DNA of 64,000 nt from an uncultured Chloroflexia bacterium (GCA_963768655.1 CAVYIM010000009.1:32001-96000), one strand, 5' to 3'; positions 1 through 10,403 are shown, numbered from the stretch's first letter. The notes: generated by a model from the letters alone, not told the origin. Translations and numbers: made by a program.

Positions 1-1066
1 GTGTGCGAAGTGCCGATGGAGCAGCCGAGCTGCCGCTCGCGACCTACGAGGCCGCGAGAGCCAGCGATCTGCTCGCCGACGGGATCGTCGCCCGGATGCT
101 CGCGGGGCTCTCGACTCGCGACTATCCGGTTGGCCTCGAGCCTGTTGGCGAGGCCATCGAGGAGGCCGCCGTCTCGACCAGCCACGCCGCCGTCAGCCGC
201 CGCTTCCTCGCCGCCACGGCAGAGCGCCTGGCTGAGCTGCTCGGGCGCAGACTCGACGACCGCCGCTACCTCGTGCTCATGCTCGATGGCTTTCGCCTGG
301 GCGATCACCTGCTCGTAGGCGCGCTCGGGATCGACGCCGCCGGCCACAAGGTGCCCCTCGGCGTGGTCGAGGGCACGACCGAGAACAGCGCGGTGGTCAA
401 CGCGCTCCTGGCGGACTTGCGCGATCGCGGTCTGGACACAAGCGCAGGCGTCCTCTTCGTCGTCGACGGCGGCTCCGCCATCGGTTCGGCCATCCGCACC
501 TTCTTGGGCAAAGGCGTGGCGATCCATCGCTGCCATCGCCACAAAGAGCGCAACGTTCTAGAGCACCTGCCCGAGATCGAACGACCGCTCGCCCAGCGCC
601 GGCTTCGGGCCGCCTGGGCCGAGCGAGATCCGGACAGGGCGAAGGCGGCCCTCCACTCCCTGGCCCGCAGTCTGGCCCACAGCCGTCCGGGAGCCGCCGC
701 GTCGCTGCGCGAGGGGCTCGACGACACGCTCACCCTGACGCGTCTGGGCATCAGCGGCTCGCTCTGGAGGACGCTCGAGTCGACCAACCCGATGGAATTG
801 ATGATCGAGATCGTCAAGACGCACGCCCGCCGGGTGAAGAACTGGGAGTCGGGCGAGATGGCGCTGCGCTGGGCCGCCGCTGGGATGCTCGCCGCAGAGG
901 CTCAGTTCCGCCGAGTCTGTGGCTATCGGGAGCTGCCCATTCTTGCCGCTGCGCTGAAGCGCGAGCTCCACATCGAAAGCGAGGCGAGCGCTACCAACCA
1001 ACCGATATGATCAGCAACCTGGAGACCCGACCCTCACTGAAATTCCACGACGAGCGGGACATCCTC
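1..1066 (+). mobile_element. IS256-family insertion sequence, right part (left end lies outside the window)
   Basis: Transposase ORF followed by a terminal-IR-like end GAAATTCCACGACGAGCGGGACATCCTC (1039-1066), after which an unrelated HAD reading frame resumes abruptly. Confidence 0.8.
3..1010 (+). CDS. IS256-family (Mutator-type) DDE transposase, 5'-truncated by the window edge
   Basis: Motifs GLSTRDY, LMLDG, ALGIDAAGHKVPLG, VVDG, HRCHRHKERNV, LESTNPME and RRVKNW. Confidence 0.92.
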   Translation: MRSADGAAELPLATYEAARASDLLADGIVARMLAGLSTRDYPVGLEPVGEAIEEAAVSTSHAAVSRRFLAATAERLAELLGRRLDDRRYLVLMLDGFRLGDHLLVGALGIDAAGHKVPLGVVEGTTENSAVVNALLADLRDRGLDTSAGVLFVVDGGSAIGSAIRTFLGKGVAIHRCHRHKERNVLEHLPEIERPLAQRRLRAAWAERDPDRAKAALHSLARSLAHSRPGAAASLREGLDDTLTLTRLGISGSLWRTLESTNPMELMIEIVKTHARRVKNWESGEMALRWAAAGMLAAEAQFRRVCGYRELPILAAALKRELHIESEASATNQPI

Positions 1067-1255
1067 TGCTACGTGGTCGGGGATGCAGTCTGGGACCTGC
1101 TCGCGGCCCGCCGCGCCGGGATGTTGAGCGTCGGTCTGCTGAGTGGCGGCTACGGCCAGGACGAGCTGATCCAGGCCGGGGCATTCCGCGTCTATCGGGA
1201 CCCGCAGGACCTGTTCGAGTCGCTCGACGAGCTGGGGGTCACGCTGCCCGGTTGA
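1067..1255 (+). pseudogene. C-terminal remnant of a HAD-family hydrolase interrupted by the IS
   Basis: Frame reads CYVVGDAVWDLLAARRAGMLSVGLLSGGYGQDELIQAGA (HAD motif IV GDxxxD), starting exactly at the IS end with no start codon of its own. Confidence 0.8.
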
Positions 1256-1445
1256 GGCAGACGAGCGCGGCTGATTCACTCGAACCTCGGAGCGGTTCTT
1301 CGATGTACCGCCGGTAGCCTGTTCGCGGCTGGCGACGGTGGGGGGTCGCCGATCGTGCCCATCCGTGCCGCGATCGTCTGGCGTGCCGACGCCATCGCTC
1401 GATCATAGGGCGCCACGATCGTACGCCCGCCGGTAGAGTAGGGCG

Positions 1446-2096
1446 ATGACCGCATCGCCCCATGCCTTCGTACTGCGCCACACCCACCTGGGTCCTGTGC
1501 TGGGTCTCGAAGAGATCCGACTCCACCTGGCCGACGAGGTGCTGCCGTTGTGGCACGCCCTCCAGATCGAGACCGATGATCTCGACACCGCGCTCCCGTA
1601 CTGGGCCTTCGCGTGGGCGGGCGGGCTGGCGATAGGCCAGTACCTGCGTGAGAACCCGGACGTCGTGGCGGGTCGGCGGGTATTCGATCTCGCGTCCGGC
1701 TCCGGGCTGTGCGCGATCGCAGCGCTGCGCGCCGGCGCGGCCGAGTCGACCGGGGCCGACATCGACGCCTTCGCCGCTGCAGCGATCGACATCAATGCCC
1801 GCGCCAATGGCCGTCGGGTGACCATCGTGCATCGCGATGTCCTCGATGAGGAGCCGCCCGCCGTCGACGTCATCCTTGCCGGCGACTGCTTCTATGACGT
1901 CAACCTTGCCGGTCGGGTCCTGCCGTGGCTCCGGAGAGCTCGCGACCGTGGTATCGAGGTCCTGGTCGGCGACCCCGGTCGTCGCTACTTGCCCCACGAC
2001 GAACTGGTCGAACTCGCCTCGTACGACGTCCGCTCGACGACGCAACTGGAGGACCTGGAGCTCAAGCAGGGCCGCGTCTACGCCTTGCGGCGCTAG
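1446..2096 (+). CDS. Class I SAM-dependent methyltransferase (PrmA/lysine methyltransferase-like)
   Basis: PYWAFAWAGG, FDLASGSGL (SAM motif I), ILAGDCFYD, VGDPGRRYLP. Confidence 0.88.
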   Translation: MTASPHAFVLRHTHLGPVLGLEEIRLHLADEVLPLWHALQIETDDLDTALPYWAFAWAGGLAIGQYLRENPDVVAGRRVFDLASGSGLCAIAALRAGAAESTGADIDAFAAAAIDINARANGRRVTIVHRDVLDEEPPAVDVILAGDCFYDVNLAGRVLPWLRRARDRGIEVLVGDPGRRYLPHDELVELASYDVRSTTQLEDLELKQGRVYALRR

Positions 2097-2260
2097 CCTC
2101 GCGCCAGCCCCCTATCTTGTTCCCCGCGATGGCCCCTTCGTCGCTCATCTCGCCTGTACGCTGCGAAAGCCGCACTTACTCGCGGACATCGGGGGATGTT
2201 CCAAACGCGAGACGGCCCTTGGGGGGCCGTCTCGTCGCGATTTCAGAGAGGGTGAATGGG

Positions 2261-3937
2261 CTAGGGGGCGACTGCGATAGCGGTGGCACCCGCCAGCGTG
2301 GCGCTGTAGTTCGGGGCAGCACCGGACTTGTAGTAGCCCGAACTGATTAGCCGGACGTGCGTCGCGTCGATGGTCGTGTCAGCAGTAAACGCCTCAACGC
2401 GGTAGCTGCCGGCAGCAAGACCTTCTAGCGTGTACGCCCCGGTGCTCGACGTGCTCGAGTATGCGAAGAAGGATCCGGCCACGCTGTTCGCATCGACCGA
2501 GCAGCCACTGCACGCAGCGCCCCCGGTGATCTTCACCGTGCCGGAGATCGAGGCGCCCTTCGGGAGGCGCATGTTGATCCCGGTCTTGTCGCCGGTGACG
2601 ACGATCGAGAGCGCGGAAGACGATACGGAGGTGAAGTCGTTGGGCGGACTGTTGAGGTACCAACCCGCCTGCAGAGTGGGATCGGAAGAGAAGACCGGGT
2701 ACGCCTCGATCGTGTACGTGTTGTTGAGCGGGAGCGGCCCAATGGAGTAGTTGCCGGAGGCGTCGGTGAAGGCGCTCGGATCCGCGACGGCCGTGCCTGT
2801 CCCGCCCGAGGCCTGGACCTCGACGAAGTCGAGGGCCGTGCCGGAGGTGTTAGTGATCTTGCCCTTGATGAAGTAGCCGGTAGGCGGCTCGATGGTCGCC
2901 AAAGTCGTGACCGGCGTGGATATGGTCACAGACGACTCGCTCGCGGTCAGCCTGGCCCAGTAGTAGGGCCCGGTGGCGGAGTAGTAACCGTCAGGCACGC
3001 GCGAACCGTACGGACCGTCCACCTCGACCGTGTACTTGCCGGGGTTCAGGCCGCTGATCGTGTACTTGCCCGTGGCGTCGGTGACGGCCGTTTCGCTCAG
3101 GGAAGATCCCATCGCCCACACGGTTGCGCCGACGATCGGCGCCGGTGTCCCGGCCCTCGTCTTGACGTAGCCCGTGATCTTGAGGCTGTTCCAGATCTTG
3201 GGGCTGATGCCGGCCACGTTCGCCGAGGTGATGACCACGGCCGTGTGCGCGGAGCAGTTGGCGGCGAACTTGGCCGCCACTCCCGTGTACCAGCAACCGG
3301 TCTGGTTGTCGGCCACGGCATCGTGTCCGAAGACGACCTCATAGGATCCGGGCGAGAGGCCCATGAGTGTGTAGTTGCCGGCAGAGTTCGTCGTCGTGGA
3401 GTCGCCGCCGTTCGTGCCTTCGGCACCGACAATGACGTTCGCGATGGCGGTCGTGCCGTTCGAACGAGTGACCTTGCCCGAGATCTTGTAGCCGGCTGGC
3501 AGCCAGATGTTCTGACCGGTAGACGAGGCTGTCGTGATCGTGACGACGGCCGTCCTGGATACGCTGAAGTACGTTGGCCCGGTGGCGTTACGGAAGCCAT
3601 GCTGCAGATTGGTGGCCCGCGGCGGGTCGAAGTAAATCGAGTAGGTGGCGGGCAGAAGGTGGCTGATCGTGTAGACGCCACTTGCGTTCGTGACTGCCGC
3701 ACCCGAGGCGAACGAGCCGGAGATGGTCGTGCTCGACGCGTAGACTTCGACGCTCGGCACGGGGAGCCCCGTCGCCTTGGCGCGGACGGTGCCCGAGATC
3801 GAGTAGGTGGTCTTGGTCACGGCGGGCAACGTGAAGTTCTTGCCCGTGGCGCTGGCCGCGGCTGCCGGCGGCGCCGCAACCAGCAGGCCGGCGACGACGA
3901 GCAACAGGGCTCCGAAGACCCGATACAGCTTCAACAT
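2261..3937 (-). CDS. Secreted S/T-rich protein with about 5 carboxypeptidase-regulatory-like (Cna-B type) repeats
   Basis: Signal peptide MLKLYRVFGALLLVVAGLLVAAPPAAA; repeats ISGxV...TxxxGxYTIxGLxPGxYxV...G[WY]Y. Start taken at ATG 3937 rather than 4156. Confidence 0.8.
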   Translation of the reverse strand: MLKLYRVFGALLLVVAGLLVAAPPAAAASATGKNFTLPAVTKTTYSISGTVRAKATGLPVPSVEVYASSTTISGSFASGAAVTNASGVYTISHLLPATYSIYFDPPRATNLQHGFRNATGPTYFSVSRTAVVTITTASSTGQNIWLPAGYKISGKVTRSNGTTAIANVIVGAEGTNGGDSTTTNSAGNYTLMGLSPGSYEVVFGHDAVADNQTGCWYTGVAAKFAANCSAHTAVVITSANVAGISPKIWNSLKITGYVKTRAGTPAPIVGATVWAMGSSLSETAVTDATGKYTISGLNPGKYTVEVDGPYGSRVPDGYYSATGPYYWARLTASESSVTISTPVTTLATIEPPTGYFIKGKITNTSGTALDFVEVQASGGTGTAVADPSAFTDASGNYSIGPLPLNNTYTIEAYPVFSSDPTLQAGWYLNSPPNDFTSVSSSALSIVVTGDKTGINMRLPKGASISGTVKITGGAACSGCSVDANSVAGSFFAYSSTSSTGAYTLEGLAAGSYRVEAFTADTTIDATHVRLISSGYYKSGAAPNYSATLAGATAIAVAP

Positions 3938-4315
3938 CGGCACATACCCCGAGCGGACTGGCGTCAGACTCTCCCTGACCTGGAGTTCCAGATCTAACAC
4001 CAAGTTGGTACACAATAGGGGGGAAGCAGACGGGGAGTCGTGGGATCGGGCAAAGTCCCATGGAATGAGCCATGAGCTTCGTCCGGGAGTCCGGTCTGTC
4101 GCGTCGCACGAGCGGCCGCGGGCGAGGTCGTGATTGCGCGGGGCGATTGGCGTCATTGCTCAAGCCAGCGGCTCAGGCAAGGGCGCCTGTCCAGCCGACC
4201 CTTCCCGCCCGCAAGATGCCCAGGCGGCAGGTAGGCGCGGAGACGTGGGCCCGGTGAACCCGCCCCGAGGGGCCCAACCGCCTGCTCCGAAATGGTGTGG
4301 TAGAGTCGGAACGAT

Positions 4316-5713
4316 TTGGATACGAACGCGCCGACCGCGAGAAGCCGCAGGCGATCGCCATCCCTCGCCGCTCTCCTCTCGTTCTTGTGGCCCGGCCTTG
4401 GACAGCTCTACATCCGGAATCGCCGCGCTGCGGTGGTCTTCGCGATACCTCCCGTCCTGGTGCTGCTTCTCCTGGCCTATGCGCTGAGGCGTGGGGAGAT
4501 CGTCCTGGCGGCGCAGCTCTTCGCCGACCGGACCGTCGGGCTGGTCACTGTCGCGATCGTGCTGCTGGTCGGTGCGTGGCGGCTCGTGGCCGTCGTGCAC
4601 GCCTTTGTGGGCGGCCAACATCTCAAGACACGGCGCATCCTCGACCGGGCGGTGCTGGTCGCGCTGGCAGCAGTCATCGTCATCAGCCACCTTGGCGGCG
4701 GCTACTACCTGCTGACATACTCGAACGCCGGGGCGCAGGTCTTCAGCTCCCCCGGCGACAACCCTCTGCTCGACGAGGCCACTCCGGGACCGACTCTGGC
4801 TCCAGGCCAGACGCCGACGCCTGAGGTCACAGACGAGCCGCTGCCGACGGCACCGCCGGGCAGCCGTGTCACGATCCTCTTCACGGGCGTGGACGCCGCC
4901 CCGACGCGGAGCGAGCATCTCTACGACTCGATCATGGTCGTGAGCTACGACCCGAACAGCAACTCGGTCCAGATGATCAGCGTGCCGCGAGACAGCGCCA
5001 GCTTCCCGTTCTACTTCGGCGGCGTGGACTCGGCTGTGACGAAAATCAACTCGATTCCAACGTACGTCAGGAACGGTTGGATCAAGTCGCCCGATAGCCC
5101 GTACATGACTCTCGTCAAGGAAGTGAGCTTCCTCGTCGGCATCCCGATCAACTACTACGCGGTCATGGATCTCAATTCGTTCGTGAACATGATCAACAAG
5201 GTCGGCGGGATCGACATCGTCAACCCGAGCGCGATCAATGACCCTTCCTATGACTGGCTCGACGGCAAGACGCACGGTTTCTACCTGTCCGCAGGTCCGC
5301 ACCACCTGGACGGCAAAAACGCCCTGGCCTACGTCAGATCCCGTCACGGCGCCGACAACAGCGACTACAAGAGGGCCTCGCGCCAGCAGCAGGTGCTGAT
5401 CGCCCTGTTGCACAAGATGGCCGAGCCCGACCAGCTGTTGAAGCTGCCGGACCTCATCACGACGCTCGGATCCAGCATTGCCACCGACTTCCCGGCCGGC
5501 CAGGTGGCCGACTACGTGGCCGACGCTCAGAACGTCCCGAGCGGTAACTTCCAGCAGGTTGTGCTGGGGCCGCCGTACTCCGCCACCGGCATCAGCAGCG
5601 TGACCTCGTCCACCTGTCTGATCAACGCGAAGGTCGCCGCGCTGTCGGTCCAGTGGTTCGGTACGGACAGCACCTGGTACGGGAAACCCGCGCCCGCCAA
5701 TACCTGCCCGTAG
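4316..5713 (+). CDS. LCP (LytR-CpsA-Psr) family phosphotransferase with multi-TM N-terminus
   Basis: ILFTGVD, DSIMVVS, ISVPRD, KINS, ALAYVRSRH, DYKRASRQQQVL. Confidence 0.93.
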   Translation: MDTNAPTARSRRRSPSLAALLSFLWPGLGQLYIRNRRAAVVFAIPPVLVLLLLAYALRRGEIVLAAQLFADRTVGLVTVAIVLLVGAWRLVAVVHAFVGGQHLKTRRILDRAVLVALAAVIVISHLGGGYYLLTYSNAGAQVFSSPGDNPLLDEATPGPTLAPGQTPTPEVTDEPLPTAPPGSRVTILFTGVDAAPTRSEHLYDSIMVVSYDPNSNSVQMISVPRDSASFPFYFGGVDSAVTKINSIPTYVRNGWIKSPDSPYMTLVKEVSFLVGIPINYYAVMDLNSFVNMINKVGGIDIVNPSAINDPSYDWLDGKTHGFYLSAGPHHLDGKNALAYVRSRHGADNSDYKRASRQQQVLIALLHKMAEPDQLLKLPDLITTLGSSIATDFPAGQVADYVADAQNVPSGNFQQVVLGPPYSATGISSVTSSTCLINAKVAALSVQWFGTDSTWYGKPAPANTCP

Positions 5714-6080
5714 TCGCCTACGGGGCGGAGCCGGCGCGCCTCCGGACTGGCATGATCGGCCCCCGGTCGGGGCTGGAGAACCCCCGCCGTAGCCGCACCC
5801 GTCGAGCGCCGGTCGGCGTTCCCGGTTCGGGCGAGGGGCTCGCGGAGAGCTGTTTGATCGTCGCTGACGCGTCGGCGGCGCTGACAGCAGTGCAGAAACA
5901 AGGTGCGTCGGCTGCGCCCGCCGGCGCGTATGATGCAGCCGCTCGTCCATCGGGTAGCAGGCCATCCGGACGAGCAACGGGGGCTCAACATATGGCGTGC
6001 GCCGCCGGTCGGTTTGGGGATCCGTAGCAGGTCCGCGGGCGGAACCTGGATCTGCCCGACAACCGAGAGGAGTGGGTTCG

Positions 6081-8837
6081 GTGAAGTCACTCGCCGTGGC
6101 TGCGGTTCACTCTCAGGTGGGCTCAGAGACCTCGGGGCGGCCGTTGGATCGGCTGCGGGGCATCGTCCCGGTCGCGCTCCTGCTGTCCGGGCTCTTCGCC
6201 GTCTGGACAGGGCCGCTGGCCGCGCCGGCGAAGGCGACCGCGCCGGCAGGCCCGGTCGTCGCGTGGGGCGATAACAGCGACGGCCAGGCCACGGTCCCGA
6301 CCGGCCTTACCGGCGTCTCGGCCATCGCCGCCGGTCAGTTCTACAGCCTCGCGCTGCGGTCTGACGGCACGGTGGTCGGCTGGGGCGACGACACGTACTA
6401 CCAGACCGCCATTCCGGCGGGCCTTTCGGGCGTGACCGCGATCGCGGCCGGCATCGACTTCAGCCTCGCCCTCGAGTCAAACGGCACGGTCGTTGGCTGG
6501 GGCGACGACTACGGCGCGACCAATATCCCGAGCGGCCTCTCCGGCGTGACCGCGATCTCGGCCGGCGGCTACCACGCCCTGGCCCTCAAGTCGAACGGAA
6601 CGGTCGTGGCCTGGGGCAACACCACCTTCGGCCAGACCACAGTCCCGACCGGCCTCTCGGGCGTGACTGCGATTGCCGCCGGGAAGTACGACAGCCTGGC
6701 CCTCAAGTCGAATGGAACGGTCGTGGCCTGGGGCAACAACGACTACGGCCAGACCACCGTCCCGACCGCCCTGACGAACTCCAGCACCGCGCACATTACC
6801 GCGATCGCCGCCGGCGGCTGCCACAGCCTCGCCCTCGAATCGGACGGCACGGTCGTCGCCTGGGGCGACGACTCCCGCCACCAGGTCGACGTCCCGGCCG
6901 GCCTCTCGGGCGTCATCGCGATCGCCGCCGGGTTCGACTACAGCGTCGCCCTCAAGTCGAACGGCACGGTCGTGGTCTGGGGGGACGACGAGGGCTACGG
7001 CTTCACGACCATCCCGAGCGGGCTGTCCGGCGTCACCGCGATCGCCGCCGGCTACTACCACATCCTCGCCCTGCTGGCCCCGGTCCCCAGCCCGGTCGCA
7101 TGGGGCCGGAACACCAGCGGCCAGACCACCGTCCCGACGGGCCTGACCGGCGTCAAAGCGCTCACCGCGGACTTCGCCGATAGCCTCGCGCTCAAGTCGA
7201 ACGGCGCCGTGATCGACTGGGGATACAGCGGTTATAGCCTAACTGTCATCCCGGCGGGAGCCCAGTCTGCCGTCAAGGCTGTTGCTGCCGGCTGGTATCA
7301 CAACCTCGCCCTCAGGTCGGACGGATCCGTGGTGGGCTGGGGCTACGACGAAGACGGCGAGACGGACGTCCCCACGGCTGCCCAATCGGATGTCATCGCG
7401 ATCGCGGCAGGCGAGGATCACAGCCTCGCCCTGAAGTCGAACGGCACCGTCGTGGCCTGGGGCGACGACAGCGACGGCGAGACCGACGTCCCGGCCGGCC
7501 TGTCGGGCGTCGTCGCGATCGCCGCAGGAGCCGGCTTCAGCCTCGCCCTGAAGGCGAACGGATCCGTCGTGGCCTGGGGCAATGACGACGAGGGCGAGAC
7601 CGACGTCCCGGCCGGCCTGTCTGGCGTCATGGCAATCGCTACCGGGTACGAGCACAGCCTCGCCCTGAAGTCGGACGGCACCGTCGTGGGCTGGGGTTGG
7701 GACGGCGAAGGCGAGACCAACATTCCGGCCGGTCTGTCGGGCGTCATGGCAATCGCCACCGGGTACGAGCACAGCCTCGCACTGAAGTCGGACGGCACGC
7801 TCGTCGCCTGGGGAGACAATGGCGACGGCCAGATCACGATCCCGCCCGGGTTGTCGAGCGTCACCGCCATCGCCGCCGGCGCCTACCACAACCTCGCCCT
7901 GGAGCCCGAGGCCAGCACGACACACCTGTCCGTCTCGGGCATCGTGAGCCCCTACGTCGCAGGTAGCAAGCACAGCGTCACGGTCACCGCCCGCGACGCT
8001 TCCGGCAACGTCGCCACCGGATACAGGGGCACGGTCCACTTCACCAGCACCGACGCCAAGGCGGTCCTGCCCGCGAACTACACCTTCACGGCAGCCGACG
8101 GGGGCGTCCACAAGTTCAGCCTGGCGCTCACGCTCAAGACCGCCGGCAGCCAGGCCGTCCGGGCCCGCGACACGGTCACGAGCACCATCACCGGTTCGAA
8201 GAGTGGCATCGTCGTCACTCCCGCCGCGGCCGCGACGCTGGCGGTGTCGGGCATCGTGAACCCGTACGTCGCGGGTGCCTCCCACAGCGTCACGGTCACG
8301 GCTAAGGACGCCTACGGCAACGTCGCCACGGGGTATCGCGGCACGATCCATTTCACGACTAGCGATACCAAGTCGACTCTGCCTGCCGACTACACCTTTA
8401 CCGCCGCCGACGGGGGCGTCCACAAGTTCAGCCTGGCGCTCGTTCTGAAGACCGCCGGCAGCCAGTGGGTCCGCGCTACCGACACAACCACTGCGTCCAT
8501 TACCGGGGCCAAGACCGTGACCGTCACTCCGGCCGCGGCCACTCACCTCTCCGTCGGCACCTTCAACCCCTTCCCGTCAGGTAGCACCCACAGCGTCACG
8601 GTCAAGGCTCTCGACGCCTACGGCAACGTCGCCACCGGCTATCGCGGCACCATCCACTTCACCAGCTCCGATCCCAAGGCGACACTGCCCGCCGACTACA
8701 CCTTCACCGCCGCCGACGCAGGTATCCATACGTTCTCGCTCGCTCTGGTCCTAAAGACTCTTGGCAGCCAGTGGGTCCGTGCCACGGACAAGACGACCGC
8801 GTCCATCACCGGGTCTCAGACAGTCACGGTCAGCTGA
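6081..8837 (+). CDS. Exported RCC1/BLIP-II-like repeat protein (14 blades) with three C-terminal Ig-like repeats
   Basis: 14 copies of AIAAGxxHSLALKSxGTVVxWG; three ~100-aa repeats with ATGYRGT(V/I)HFTS; SD GAGAGGAG before GTG 6081; hydrophobic export segment. Confidence 0.88.
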   Translation: MKSLAVAAVHSQVGSETSGRPLDRLRGIVPVALLLSGLFAVWTGPLAAPAKATAPAGPVVAWGDNSDGQATVPTGLTGVSAIAAGQFYSLALRSDGTVVGWGDDTYYQTAIPAGLSGVTAIAAGIDFSLALESNGTVVGWGDDYGATNIPSGLSGVTAISAGGYHALALKSNGTVVAWGNTTFGQTTVPTGLSGVTAIAAGKYDSLALKSNGTVVAWGNNDYGQTTVPTALTNSSTAHITAIAAGGCHSLALESDGTVVAWGDDSRHQVDVPAGLSGVIAIAAGFDYSVALKSNGTVVVWGDDEGYGFTTIPSGLSGVTAIAAGYYHILALLAPVPSPVAWGRNTSGQTTVPTGLTGVKALTADFADSLALKSNGAVIDWGYSGYSLTVIPAGAQSAVKAVAAGWYHNLALRSDGSVVGWGYDEDGETDVPTAAQSDVIAIAAGEDHSLALKSNGTVVAWGDDSDGETDVPAGLSGVVAIAAGAGFSLALKANGSVVAWGNDDEGETDVPAGLSGVMAIATGYEHSLALKSDGTVVGWGWDGEGETNIPAGLSGVMAIATGYEHSLALKSDGTLVAWGDNGDGQITIPPGLSSVTAIAAGAYHNLALEPEASTTHLSVSGIVSPYVAGSKHSVTVTARDASGNVATGYRGTVHFTSTDAKAVLPANYTFTAADGGVHKFSLALTLKTAGSQAVRARDTVTSTITGSKSGIVVTPAAAATLAVSGIVNPYVAGASHSVTVTAKDAYGNVATGYRGTIHFTTSDTKSTLPADYTFTAADGGVHKFSLALVLKTAGSQWVRATDTTTASITGAKTVTVTPAAATHLSVGTFNPFPSGSTHSVTVKALDAYGNVATGYRGTIHFTSSDPKATLPADYTFTAADAGIHTFSLALVLKTLGSQWVRATDKTTASITGSQTVTVS

Positions 8838-9008
8838 GCCGGCGGCGGGGCGGCCCTGGAACAATATGGTGGGGCGCTCCGGACACCGTCTGTGCCGAGC
8901 GTCCGAAGCCGGCGCAAGACCATTGGCCGGGCGGGGCTCGGCGGGCGCCAGGGACGCCGGTGCGGCGAGACGTCGTACCCTAGCGGCAACCGCAGGAGGT
9001 CCCTGAAG

Positions 9009-10028
9009 ATGACGCAGAAACCGGCCCTGGACAGCTCGCCCTACGTGGCCCCGGCCGCGAGATACGAGGCCATGCTCTATCGACGGTCCGGCCGGAGCGG
9101 GCTCAAGCTGCCCGTTCTCTCGCTCGGCTTCTGGCACAACTTCGGGGACGGGGCGCCGCTCAGCACGCAGCGGGCCATCGTCCGTCGCGCGTTCGATCTC
9201 GGCATCAGTCACTTCGACCTGGCCAACAACTACGGCCCGCCCTACGGCTCGGCCGAGGAGAACGCCGGGCGCATTCTCCGCTCCGACTTCGGGCGGTACC
9301 GGGACGAGCTGGTCATCTCGACCAAGGCCGGCTGGGACATGTGGCCGGGGCCGTACGGCGACCTGGGCTCGCGCAAGTACCTGCTGGCCAGCCTCGACCA
9401 GAGCCTGCGGCGGCTCGGGCTCGAATACGTCGACATCTTCTACTCGCACCGCCTCGACCCGGACTCGCCGCTCGAGGAGACGCTCGGCGCGCTCGATACG
9501 GCCGTGCGTCAGGGCAAGGCGCTGTACGCCGGCATTTCCTCGTACCCGCCGGCCGAGACGCGCCGGGCGGCGGCGATCCTCCGCGACCTGGGCACGCCGC
9601 TGCTCATCCACCAGCCGTCTTACTCGATGCTGAACCGCCGGATCGAGGACGGCTTGCTCGACGTCCTCGGCGAAGAACAGGTCGGCTGCATCCCGTTCTC
9701 GCCCCTGGCCCAGGGCCAGCTCACCAAGCGCTACCTCGACGGTGTCCCGGCCGGGTCGCGGGCGACGCACTCGCCGTTCCTCCATGTCGAGGAGATCGAG
9801 AAGAACCTGCCGCGCATTCGCGCCCTGAACGCGATCGCGGGGCGCCGCGGCCAGAGCCTGGCCCAGATGGCCCTGGCCTGGGTGCTGCGCGATCCGCGGG
9901 TGACCTCCGCGATCATCGGCGCCAGCTCGGTCGACCAGCTGGAGGACAACGTCCGGGCGCTCGAGAAGCTCGACTTCGCGCCGGAGGAGCTGGCCGAGAT
10001 CGACCGCTGCCTGGCCGGGGGCAAGTAG
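9009..10028 (+). CDS. Aldo/keto reductase (L-glyceraldehyde-3-phosphate reductase, YghZ/MgrA type)
   Basis: SLGFWHNFG, FDLANNYGPPYGSAE, ISTKAGWDMWPGPYG, DIFYSHR, IHQPSYSMLNR; SD AGGAGGT. Confidence 0.94.
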   Translation: MTQKPALDSSPYVAPAARYEAMLYRRSGRSGLKLPVLSLGFWHNFGDGAPLSTQRAIVRRAFDLGISHFDLANNYGPPYGSAEENAGRILRSDFGRYRDELVISTKAGWDMWPGPYGDLGSRKYLLASLDQSLRRLGLEYVDIFYSHRLDPDSPLEETLGALDTAVRQGKALYAGISSYPPAETRRAAAILRDLGTPLLIHQPSYSMLNRRIEDGLLDVLGEEQVGCIPFSPLAQGQLTKRYLDGVPAGSRATHSPFLHVEEIEKNLPRIRALNAIAGRRGQSLAQMALAWVLRDPRVTSAIIGASSVDQLEDNVRALEKLDFAPEELAEIDRCLAGGK

Positions 10029-10403
10029 GACGCCGACATCGCGCCTGCGAGTGGAGCGTCGCCGCGGCTCAGTCGCGGGGCGCGCCGCGGGCCGGCGCGG
10101 CCGGCGTGTTTTCGCCACATACGCCTGGTAGGAGTGTTAGCCGCGGACTTCGCCGACCGCGGAGGCCGGGGCGCCGGGCTCCGAGCGTGGGACGGGCGGA
10201 TTCGTGCTCCGCTGAGCGCTCGTGGGCCGCGTTTCGGGCTCCGGACTGTGGATTGCACGCCCACTGCTGGTATCTGACGGAAACTCGGATCGGCGGCGCC
10301 CCGCCCTGCCCCGCGCCCTGCCCCGCGGCTCAGTCGCCCCGCCCCGCGGCGCCCGCCGCACTCGCTCGGTTTCGGGCCGGCGGCCCATTCCGCGATTGCC
10401 GTG

